Positions 24,019 through 31,518 of a DNA stretch of 64,000 nucleotides are shown piece after piece (position 1 is the stretch's first letter; every line of letters starts with the position of its first letter). The position numbers and the translations under genes were made by a program. The notes beneath the pieces were generated by a model. It was not told the DNA's origin. It searched no databases and saw only the letters and a program-made list of their open reading frames with translations. Origin of the DNA: Prevotellaceae bacterium (GTDB lineage Bacteria; Bacteroidota; Bacteroidia; Bacteroidales; Bacteroidaceae); contig JAFLUT010000002.1 in the NCBI GenBank assembly GCA_022508665.1, positions 7,606 to 71,605 of the forward strand, read 5' to 3'.

Positions 24019-25401
24019 ATGGAACAAGTATTTGCTTACATTATCGGACTTGGCGCCGCAGTGATGATGCCTATCATCTTCACCATTCTGGGCGTGTGCA
24101 TCGGCATCAAGTTCTCAAAGGCGCTGAAGAGCGGACTCTACGTCGGAGTCGGCTTCGTGGGACTCGGAGTCATCACGGGTCTGCTCACATCGAGCCTCGG
24201 ACCTGCACTGGCTAAGGTGGTGGAGATTTACGGCTTGGAACTCAACGTGTTCGACATGGGATGGCCAGCCGCCGCATCGGTGGCATACAACACCACGGTG
24301 GGAGCGTTCATCATCCCCGTGTGCCTCGGCGTGAACCTCGTGCTGCTGTTGCTCGGATGCACTCGCACGGTCAACATCGACCTGTGGAACTACTGGCATT
24401 TCGCCTTCATCGGAGCGGTGGTATATTTCCTTATGGACTCAATCGCATGGGGCTTCTTCGCAGCCATCATCTGCTACATCGTCACGCTGGTGCTTGCCGA
24501 CATGACGGCAAAGAAATTCCAGTCGTTCTATCCCGGCATGGAGGGCATATCCATACCTCAGCCGTTCTGCCAAGGGTTCACGCCCTTCGCAATCCTCATC
24601 GGCAAGGCGCTCGACCTCATCCCCGGCTTTGACAAACTGAACATCGACGCAGAGGGAATGAAGAAGAAATTCGGTCTCTTTGGCGAACCGCTCTTCCTCG
24701 GAGTAATCATCGGCATAGCCATAGGATGCTTCGCATGCGAGAGCAAGGAGGCGCTGGTGGACGGCATTCCGAGCATTCTCGGATTGGGCATCAAGATGGG
24801 TGCTGTAATGGAACTTATCCCTCGCATCACAAGCCTCTTCATCGAAGGTCTGAAACCTATCAGCGAGGCAACACGCGAACTCATTGCGAAGAAATTTGGC
24901 GAGAACAAGGAGTTCTACATCGGCATGTCTCCTGCACTCGTCATTGGGCATCCTACCACGCTGATTGTCAGCCTTCTGCTCATTCCTGTCACATTAGTGC
25001 TTGCAGTCGTTCTTCCGGGCAATCAGTTCCTGCCTCTCGCATCGTTGGCAGGTATGTTCTACGTCTTCGTGATGATTTTGCCATACACGAAAGGCAACGT
25101 GGTAAAGTCCTTCATTGTCGGCTTGGTAGTCATCGCAGCAGGTCTCTACTTCGTCACGCTGATGAGCGAAAACTTCACGTCAGCCGCACACATGGTTAGT
25201 GCCGCACATCCTGACGATGCCGCAGTGAGAGTGCCAGACGGATTTAAGGCAGGTGCGCTCGACTTCGCCTCGTCGCCAATCGCCTTCGCTATCTATGCCT
25301 GCATGAAATATATCTTCTCATGGGTAGGTGCGGCAATCCTCACAGCCATAACAGTTGTGCTTGTGGTATGGAACCGCATCGTAATCAACAAGAAAAAGTG
25401 A
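24019..25401 (+). CDS. PTS EIIC-type permease, galactitol (GatC) family, orphan
   Basis: 460-aa polytopic ORF. It appears to align along its length with E. coli GatC, recalled from memory. Examples are GVGFVGLGVITGLL, NVFDMGWP, NIDLWNYWH, KFGLFGEP and PGNQFLPLASL. No EIIA, EIIB, HPr or EI gene is in the window. Confidence 0.8.
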   Translation: MEQVFAYIIGLGAAVMMPIIFTILGVCIGIKFSKALKSGLYVGVGFVGLGVITGLLTSSLGPALAKVVEIYGLELNVFDMGWPAAASVAYNTTVGAFIIPVCLGVNLVLLLLGCTRTVNIDLWNYWHFAFIGAVVYFLMDSIAWGFFAAIICYIVTLVLADMTAKKFQSFYPGMEGISIPQPFCQGFTPFAILIGKALDLIPGFDKLNIDAEGMKKKFGLFGEPLFLGVIIGIAIGCFACESKEALVDGIPSILGLGIKMGAVMELIPRITSLFIEGLKPISEATRELIAKKFGENKEFYIGMSPALVIGHPTTLIVSLLLIPVTLVLAVVLPGNQFLPLASLAGMFYVFVMILPYTKGNVVKSFIVGLVVIAAGLYFVTLMSENFTSAAHMVSAAHPDDAAVRVPDGFKAGALDFASSPIAFAIYACMKYIFSWVGAAILTAITVVLVVWNRIVINKKK

Positions 25402-25470
25402 ACGTGCATTTGTATATAAGAGGTAACAAATAACAGATAACAAATGCAACAAATAACAGATAACAAACAA
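25399..25470. repeat. third (inverted) copy of the element-B arm
   Basis: The reverse complement reads TTTGTTATCTGTTATTTGTTGCATTTGTTATCTGTTATTTGTTACC...ACAAATGCACG. It shares a 30-nt identical core, GTTATCTGTTATTTGTTGCATTTGTTA, with 22632-22668. Confidence 0.85.
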
Positions 25471-25496
25471 CTCTGACTAATCAACAACAAACAGAT

Positions 25497-26468
25497 ATGA
25501 AGAAAATCCTTTTATCCCTCTTCGCATTCTCGGCACTCGTTGCCAATGCACAAGTAAAGGTGAACTTTCAGACCGCTTGCCACCCAAGCGACGTGAAGCA
25601 CTACGACACGCAGACACTCCGCGACCGCTTCGTCATGGAGACCGTCATGAAGGCAGACGAAATCAACCTCACCTACTCCACCTACGACCGCTTCATCTTC
25701 GGAGGTGCAATGCCTGTCAGCAAAGACTTGAAACTCGAAACATTCCCCGAACTTCGTGCGCCATACTTCCTCCACAACCGTGAAATAGGCATCATCAACA
25801 CCGCTGGCGACGGCATCGTCATCGTCGACGGCGTTGAATACCCTCTCGGAGCAAAGGAAGCCCTCTACATCGGTCGTGGCAACCTCGGCAAAGACAAGAA
25901 CGGCAAGGGCATAGAGTCAAACCAAGAGGTCATTTTCCGCTCGAAAGACCCTCAGAACCCTGCCAAGTTCTACATCAACTCTGCCACCGCACATCAGCAC
26001 TACAAAACGCAGTGGATAACCCTCGACGGCCGCAAGAACGGCAAACTCCAGTCGCTGAAAGCCACCGTCCTCGGTCCCCTCGGCACACTTGCTGAATCGA
26101 ACCAGCGCACAATCTACCAACTCATCGTAAACACCTCCCTCGAAGAAGGTCCCTGCCAACTCCAAATGGGTCTCACCCAACTGCAAGAAGGCAGCGTATG
26201 GAACACCATGCCTCCCCACACCCACGGCCGCCGCATCGAGGCATACTACTACTTCAACCTTCCCGAAGACCAGACAATCAGCCACGTCATGGGCGAACCG
26301 CAGGAAAGCCGTGTCGTATGGCTCCACAACGAGCAAGCCATCATGTCTCCCGAATGGTCAATCCACGCCGCCTCTGCCACCTACTACTACACCTTCATCT
26401 GGGGCATGGCTGGCGAAAACCTCGACTATAATGATAAGGACGTGATAAAGGTGAGCGACATCAAGTAA
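25497..26468 (+). CDS. kduI: 5-dehydro-4-deoxy-D-glucuronate isomerase
   Basis: Cupin KduI contexts [33 protein letters not shown] and [11 protein letters not shown]. The ORF carries an unusual signal-peptide-like N-terminal extension. An alternative GTG start lies at 25560. Confidence 0.85.
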   Translation: MKKILLSLFAFSALVANAQVKVNFQTACHPSDVKHYDTQTLRDRFVMETVMKADEINLTYSTYDRFIFGGAMPVSKDLKLETFPELRAPYFLHNREIGIINTAGDGIVIVDGVEYPLGAKEALYIGRGNLGKDKNGKGIESNQEVIFRSKDPQNPAKFYINSATAHQHYKTQWITLDGRKNGKLQSLKATVLGPLGTLAESNQRTIYQLIVNTSLEEGPCQLQMGLTQLQEGSVWNTMPPHTHGRRIEAYYYFNLPEDQTISHVMGEPQESRVVWLHNEQAIMSPEWSIHAASATYYYTFIWGMAGENLDYNDKDVIKVSDIK

Positions 26469-26520
26469 AGGGATTTTTACATTTACCCAATTATACATAT
26501 CTTTTTATTAAGAAACATAA

Positions 26521-26559
26521 AAGCACCGCATCTTGCATAAACATGCAAATGCGGTGCTT
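26521..26559 (+). terminator. intrinsic terminator after kduI
   Basis: AAGCACCGCAT..TTGCAT-AAAC-ATGCAA..ATGCGGTGCTT long hairpin followed by TTTCT. Confidence 0.7.
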
Positions 26560-26677
26560 TTCTCGTCAATATGACACTGTCGCTTAACGACCATTTTTCA
26601 ATTGCTTATTCTCCTAACTGGTTATCACCAAGTGACCATCACACTAAACAAGTAAGAAAAGCAGAAGTGACAAAAAA

Positions 26678-26702
26678 AGAAGGCCTCCGTAAAAGCCTTC
26701 TT
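26678..26702 (-). terminator. intrinsic terminator after rpmE2
   Basis: The reverse strand reads AGAAGGC-TTTTACGGAG-GCCTTCT followed by TTTTTTT. Confidence 0.65.
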
Positions 26703-26727
26703 CTCTCTTCTGTCCAATTGCGTATCT

Positions 26728-26982
26728 TTATTTCTTCTTCATTGCTGCGTAGCGGCTCATGAACTTGTCCACGCGACCTGCTGTGTCCACAAGTTTTGCC
26801 TTGCCCGTGTAGAATGGGTGAGAAGTTGAAGAAATTTCAATCTTGATGAGTGGATACTCCTGTCCTTCGAACTCGATTGTTTCGTTAGACTTCGCTGTTG
26901 AGCGAGAAAGGAACACATCGCCGTTTGACATATCCTTGAATACAACAGGACGATAGTTCTCTGGGTGAATGCCTTGTTTCAT
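26728..26982 (-). CDS. rpmE2: 50S ribosomal protein L31, type B (no CxxC zinc ribbon)
   Basis: [15 protein letters not shown]...HPFYTGK. There are no cysteines. Confidence 0.93.
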   Translation of the reverse strand: MKQGIHPENYRPVVFKDMSNGDVFLSRSTAKSNETIEFEGQEYPLIKIEISSTSHPFYTGKAKLVDTAGRVDKFMSRYAAMKKK

Positions 26983-27191
26983 TTTTCTTTTATTGTTTTA
27001 TACAGTCAACAAATTATTGCTGGTGACAATAAGTTAATAATCTCTGATGCTTTCACAGAAAGCGGTGCAAAGGTACGACATTTTATCAAACAGACAAAAC
27101 AAAACGCTTGATTTTTATTGCCTTTCTCAAATAATTTCATTTTTCTTATTTTTTTATTGTCATAAATGACTGCTTTTTCGTTTTTTTCATT

Positions 27192-27199
27192 TACCTTTG
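27192..27199 (+). promoter_or_regulatory. -7 box TACCTTTG upstream of fbaA
   Basis: This is the only TAnnTTTG match between rpmE2 and fbaA on the + strand. It would place the 23-bp array inside the fbaA leader. Confidence 0.4.
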
Positions 27200-27214
27200 T
27201 CGGTGATTAAGGAT

Positions 27215-27306
27215 AGCCGTGTATCGAACAATCGGAAAGCGGTGTGTCGAAACAGCGATAAGCCGTGTGTCGATGTTGCGATGAGCGGTGTTTCGTAATG
27301 CGGCAG
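27215..27306. repeat. direct-repeat array F, 4 units phased at 23 bp
   Basis: The units are AGCCGTGTATCGAACAATCGGAA, AGCGGTGTGTCGAAACAGCGATA, AGCCGTGTGTCGATGTTGCGATG and AGCGGTGTTTCGTAATGCGGCAG. Confidence 0.9.
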
Positions 27307-27354
27307 AAAAAGACACTTTTATTTTATTATAACATTTATAAAATCTATAAAACT

Positions 27355-28353
27355 ATGGTTAGTTACAAAGAACTGGGTCTCGTGAACACTCGCGAGATGT
27401 TCAAAAGAGCAGTGGCTGGCGGCTATGCTATCCCTGCTTTTAACTTCAACACAATGGAGCAGATGCAGGCAATCGTGCAGGCTGCTGTTGAGACAAAGTC
27501 TCCTGTCATCATGCAGGTGTCAAAGGGCGCTCGCAACTATGCCAACGGCACTATCCTCCGCAACCTCGCTAAGGGCGCTGTGGAGTATGCTAAGGAACTC
27601 GGCTGCGAAAATCCTGAAATCGTTCTCCACCTCGACCACGGAGACACTTTCGAACTCTGCAAGGACTGCATCGACAACGGTTTCTCATCAGTGATGATTG
27701 ACGGCTCACACCTCCCATACGAGGAGAACGTCGCTTTGGCAAAGAAGGTTGTTGAGTATGCTCATCAGTTCGACGTAACTGTTGAGGCTGAACTTGGCGT
27801 ACTCGCAGGTGTTGAAGACGAAGTTTCTGCTGCTGAGTCTACTTACACTAAGCCAGAAGAGGTTGTTGACTTCGCTACTCGCACAGGCTGCGACTCTCTC
27901 GCAATCTCTATCGGTACTTCTCACGGCGCTCACAAGTTCACTCCTGAGCAGTGTACACTCGTGAACGGCGTACTCGTTCCTCCACCACTCGCATTCGACG
28001 TGTTGGCAGAAATCGAGAAGCAACTCCCAGGCTTCCCAATCGTTCTCCACGGCTCATCTTCAGTGCCAATGGACGAGGTTAACACTATCAACAAGTACGG
28101 TGGCAAACTCGAGGCTGCTATCGGCATCCCAGAGGAGCAACTCCGCAAGGCTGCTAAGTCTGCTGTTTGCAAGATTAACATCGACTCTGACTCTCGCCTT
28201 GCAATGACTGCTGCTATCCGTCAGCACCTCGCTGAGCATCCGGGTGACTTCGACCCACGTCAGTATCTCAAGCCTGCACGTGAGAACATGAAGAAGATGT
28301 ACATCCACAAGATTGTAAACGTTCTCGGTTCTGATGGCAAACTCGCTAAGTAA
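27355..28353 (+). CDS. fbaA: class II fructose-bisphosphate aldolase
   Basis: MVSYKELGLVNTREMFKRA..., with the LHLDHG and GTSHGA contexts. I use the ATG at 27355, because the 27265 extension is translated repeat DNA. Confidence 0.93.
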   Translation: MVSYKELGLVNTREMFKRAVAGGYAIPAFNFNTMEQMQAIVQAAVETKSPVIMQVSKGARNYANGTILRNLAKGAVEYAKELGCENPEIVLHLDHGDTFELCKDCIDNGFSSVMIDGSHLPYEENVALAKKVVEYAHQFDVTVEAELGVLAGVEDEVSAAESTYTKPEEVVDFATRTGCDSLAISIGTSHGAHKFTPEQCTLVNGVLVPPPLAFDVLAEIEKQLPGFPIVLHGSSSVPMDEVNTINKYGGKLEAAIGIPEEQLRKAAKSAVCKINIDSDSRLAMTAAIRQHLAEHPGDFDPRQYLKPARENMKKMYIHKIVNVLGSDGKLAK

Positions 28354-28430
28354 CAATCAGATAGAGTAACACACAGACAGAGTGCAACTAATGGCTTAGG
28401 CCGTTTAGTTGCGCTCTTTTTATCTTCCGC

Positions 28431-29744
28431 ATGTTCCGTCGCATCACGCTTTCCATACTCTTTCCCCTCTGCTCACTGTCTGCGCTCAACGCTCAGACAG
28501 CGCCGCTGGATTCTGCCTATCTGGCAGAGATAGACTCTATCATACAAGAGTATGAAGCACGCAGACGCATGGAGCAAGTGGAGCAGGTCGTCAAGCAGCA
28601 TGAGCAACTGCGACTGAAAAAAGAAATGTCATTCACTCCGCAAGGAGCATTGCCTTTGGCTCGAGGGTTGATACTCACATGGAGCGACCGCAAATTCGTC
28701 AATCATTCAGCCATATTCGAAAAGAAATCCGACCTCTACACATGGGCGGATTATGGCATTGGCAGCATGCCCTTAGCAGCCAACTGGATAATGAAAGCGG
28801 CAGGAGTGAAAAGCCGCTCAAAACTTGAACGCATGCTTACAGCCAACGTCATGGCATTCGGCATATCGGTAGGCATGACCGAAGGATTGAAACACGCCGT
28901 CAAGGAGACCCGTCCCGACAACACCGACACACGCTCATTCCCGTCAGGACACACCAGTTTCGCCTTCGTCTCCGCCAGCATTCTCAGCCGCGAATACGGC
29001 TATCTCTCACCGTGGATAACAGTAGGCGGATACATAGCCGCCACAGGCACGCAATTCATGCGCATGCGCCACAACCGCCACTGGATGAACGACCTCTACA
29101 TGGGTGCAGGCATCGGCATGGTAAGCACCAATCTCGCATATTTCCTTACCGACCGCATTTGGGGCGAAAAGGCAATCAACACTCCCGAAGTGCGGCGCAA
29201 AGACGTCATGCGACTGATGCGTTTTAACGCCCAGCCAACCGGCATATCCTTCGTTTCTGGCACAGAAATCGGCAACCGCAACATTCATTTCGACAACGCC
29301 ACCGTCAAGGCAGGTGCAGCCATATCCGCAGGCTTCGACCTCTCTTTCTACACCTCCTCCTACTTCGCTGTCGAACTTATGACTCGCATAGCGAATACGC
29401 AGATGAAAGTGTACGGCACCGACCACACCTTCTCGGGCGACCAACTCAGCATCTACCACTTTGACCTCTCCGCCAAACTCTCTACGCCCGTTGACCTAAG
29501 CCAACGCCTCGGCGCACGCATTTTTGCCGGCACCCGCACACTGAGCGGAGCCAACTTCACCGACGGAGTGACCACCTACTCAATCCCCAACGAAACAAAA
29601 TTTGAACTCGGACTTGGCATCAACTACTATTGCCTCGACACCGACAACTACGCATGGGGTCTCACATGCGACTACTTCCACACTTTTTCCCACTGCATGC
29701 CCAATCGATACAGCATCAGTTCCGTGTGGAAAATCATATTCTAA
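28431..29744 (+). CDS. PAP2-family phosphatase with ~190-aa C-terminal beta-rich extension
   Basis: Signal peptide. PAP2 motifs KETRPDN, PSGHTS and RMRHNRHWMNDL. The C-terminal region shows alternating hydrophobicity and ends ...SSVWKIIF with a terminal aromatic residue. Confidence 0.8.
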   Translation: MFRRITLSILFPLCSLSALNAQTAPLDSAYLAEIDSIIQEYEARRRMEQVEQVVKQHEQLRLKKEMSFTPQGALPLARGLILTWSDRKFVNHSAIFEKKSDLYTWADYGIGSMPLAANWIMKAAGVKSRSKLERMLTANVMAFGISVGMTEGLKHAVKETRPDNTDTRSFPSGHTSFAFVSASILSREYGYLSPWITVGGYIAATGTQFMRMRHNRHWMNDLYMGAGIGMVSTNLAYFLTDRIWGEKAINTPEVRRKDVMRLMRFNAQPTGISFVSGTEIGNRNIHFDNATVKAGAAISAGFDLSFYTSSYFAVELMTRIANTQMKVYGTDHTFSGDQLSIYHFDLSAKLSTPVDLSQRLGARIFAGTRTLSGANFTDGVTTYSIPNETKFELGLGINYYCLDTDNYAWGLTCDYFHTFSHCMPNRYSISSVWKIIF

Positions 29745-29830
29745 GGCTGTCCATGCCCCTTCCTTTCCAACAACCACACCAATGGCCCACCACCGCCTGT
29801 TGCCCTATTCAGCCGCACGCATCCTTAAAA

Positions 29831-29914
29831 TATAACTTATATTTTATAAAATCAAACTTAAATTTATATAAATATAACCTATATTTTATAAAACATAAGT
29901 TATGTTTTAATAAA
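29831..29914. repeat. AT-rich direct-repeat array P, 4 units of 21 bp (or 2 of 42 bp)
   Basis: The units are TATAACTTATATTTTATAAAA, TCAAACTTAAATTTATATAAA, TATAACCTATATTTTATAAAA and CATAAGTTATGTTTTAATAAA. Unit 1 and the segment 29884-29904 (units 3/4 junction) also form an inverted pair. Confidence 0.85.
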
Positions 29915-29916
29915 AA

Positions 29917-29943
29917 ATACGGCTGAGCATCGCCCAGCCGTAT
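29917..29943 (-). terminator. intrinsic terminator after pepT
   Basis: The reverse strand reads ATACGGCTGGGCG-ATG-CTCAGCCGTAT followed by TTTTTTATT. Confidence 0.7.
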
Positions 29944-29961
29944 AATTAGACATTATTCCTT

Positions 29962-31305
29962 TCATTCATTCCCTACCCTTTCTGCCACAATAGAGCAGAT
30001 GTTGACGACAGTCTTCATCGCCTTTTCAAGACTCTGCACGGGGCAGAACTCGTGAGGTCCATGGAAATTGATGCCGCCAGCGAAGATGTTAGGGCATGGC
30101 AAACCTTTGAACGAAAGTTGCGCCCCGTCTGTACCGCCTCTTATCGCCTTGACCTTCGGCGTCATCCCTGCTCGGGAAATCGCCTCCTTGGCAATGTCTA
30201 TTATGTGCATCATTGGCTCGACCTTCTCCCTCATGTTGTAGTATTGGTCGTTTAGTTCAAGGACAGCGACATCCGTTCCCCACTGCTTTTCGTCAACCGC
30301 CGCATCAGAGGCAAGACACAGGCTCTTTTGCTTGGCGCCTTCCCCACCATACTTCTCATTTATAGCCTCAACAACATGCACCATTTTCAGTTTCCTGCTC
30401 TCGAAAGAAGTACGGTCGTGGTCACGAATGATAAAAGAGAGTTGTGCCTTTTCACAGTTTCCGCAGATGTTGGTCAAATGGAAAAATCCTTCATACCCTT
30501 CAGTCGTTTCGGGAGTTTCGTCAGCAGGGAGCATGCCAACAATTTCCGTTGCGATGCGAGCAGCATTGACCATTTTTCCTTTGGCATATCCGGGATGTAC
30601 AGAGCAGCCGTTTACTGTGATTTTGGCTGATGCAGCATTGAAATTCTCAAACTCTATCTCGCCCACTTCACTGCCGTCCATCGTATATGCAAAGTCGCAG
30701 CCAAACTTCTCAACATCAAAGTGATGCGCCCCCTGCCCTATCTCCTCGTCGGGATTGAAAGCAATGCGTATCTTGCCATGCTTAATCTCCGGATGTTGCT
30801 GCAAATACACCATCGCCTCGACAATTTCAGCAATGCCTGCTTTGTCGTCTGCGCCAAGCAGGGTTGTGCCGTCGGTAACGATGAGGTCTTCGCCTATGTG
30901 GGCGAGCAGTTCGGGAAATTTTGCCGGCGATGTGATGATTGGGGAAGCACTCGCCGTTTCATGTCCTTGGGTAGCGTCAGATTGGCTTTCAGACAGTATG
31001 ATGTCTCCGCCGTCATAATTGCTCACAATCCGTGGCTTCACACCCTTGCCCGATGCGTCGGGACTTGTGTCCATGTGAGCAATAAAGCCAATGGTGGGTA
31101 CTTGCTTGTCGGTGTTGGCTGGGAGGGTGGCATACAGATAGCCCAGTTCGTCGAGTTCCACCTCCTGCAATCCTTCGGCTACAAGTTCGTCTTTCAGATA
31201 TTTTGCGAACACCATTTGCTTGTCAGTGGACGGCGTTGTTCCTGTCTCCTCCGACGACTGCGTGTCGAAAGCGACATATCTTAAAAATCTTTCTACAATA
31301 TCCAT
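29962..31305 (-). CDS. pepT: peptidase T (tripeptide aminopeptidase, M20B)
   Basis: [17 protein letters not shown] and [12 protein letters not shown], with M20 metal-ligand contexts. 447 aa, somewhat long because of an insertion near [17 protein letters not shown]. Confidence 0.92.
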   Translation of the reverse strand: MDIVERFLRYVAFDTQSSEETGTTPSTDKQMVFAKYLKDELVAEGLQEVELDELGYLYATLPANTDKQVPTIGFIAHMDTSPDASGKGVKPRIVSNYDGGDIILSESQSDATQGHETASASPIITSPAKFPELLAHIGEDLIVTDGTTLLGADDKAGIAEIVEAMVYLQQHPEIKHGKIRIAFNPDEEIGQGAHHFDVEKFGCDFAYTMDGSEVGEIEFENFNAASAKITVNGCSVHPGYAKGKMVNAARIATEIVGMLPADETPETTEGYEGFFHLTNICGNCEKAQLSFIIRDHDRTSFESRKLKMVHVVEAINEKYGGEGAKQKSLCLASDAAVDEKQWGTDVAVLELNDQYYNMREKVEPMMHIIDIAKEAISRAGMTPKVKAIRGGTDGAQLSFKGLPCPNIFAGGINFHGPHEFCPVQSLEKAMKTVVNICSIVAERVGNE

Positions 31306-31396
31306 AATAAGCGCTTTTATATTCTCATTTTCAGTTTCCGGCTGCGAATTTAGGCAAAAATATCTTCTTTACTACATTTTATCCACAGATTATTCG

Positions 31397-31404
31397 TATC
31401 TTTG
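31397..31404 (+). promoter_or_regulatory. -7 box TATCTTTG for the polysaccharide export arm
   Basis: TAnnTTTG match about 115 nt upstream of the 31519 ATG. Confidence 0.45.
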
Positions 31405-31518
31405 TACGATTTTGCAAAAATATATTGTAATAAAAGCGAAAAAACTTCGTTCTGTTATACATATATAATAATATGTAAACGAACCAAGATTACCTTGAAA
31501 ACAAAATAGAACAACAAC

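Noticed and set aside
26571-26762. 63-aa + strand ORF between kduI and rpmE2.
   Set aside because: It lies between two terminators, runs into the rpmE2 coding region in antisense, and has no promoter box or motif.
26728-26982. The Cys-less L31 type B as evidence of a zinc-starvation (Zur) paralogue switch.
   Set aside because: No second L31 gene or Zur box is visible in the window. From memory, type B is the sole L31 in many Bacteroidota, so this is probably the housekeeping copy.
23076-27306. Arrays B and F as transposon ends (Tn7- or Mu-like multi-site transposase-binding arrays) bounding a 4-kb mobile segment.
   Set aside because: There is no transposase or integrase between or near them. 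The cargo would include kduI and ribosomal protein L31. The similarity between the arrays is limited to a ~10-nt loose core. No terminal TGT...ACA or target-site duplication was seen.
27265-27354. N-terminal extensions offered by the ORF track: fbaA from 27265, rplU from 5174, yhhQ from 53427, wzi from 45927, asnA from 47042, glf from 34079, the small ORF from 49424.
   Set aside because: The extensions translate promoter, repeat or riboswitch DNA, overlap neighbouring genes, or start at non-ATG codons. In each case an internal ATG gives the canonical family N-terminus.
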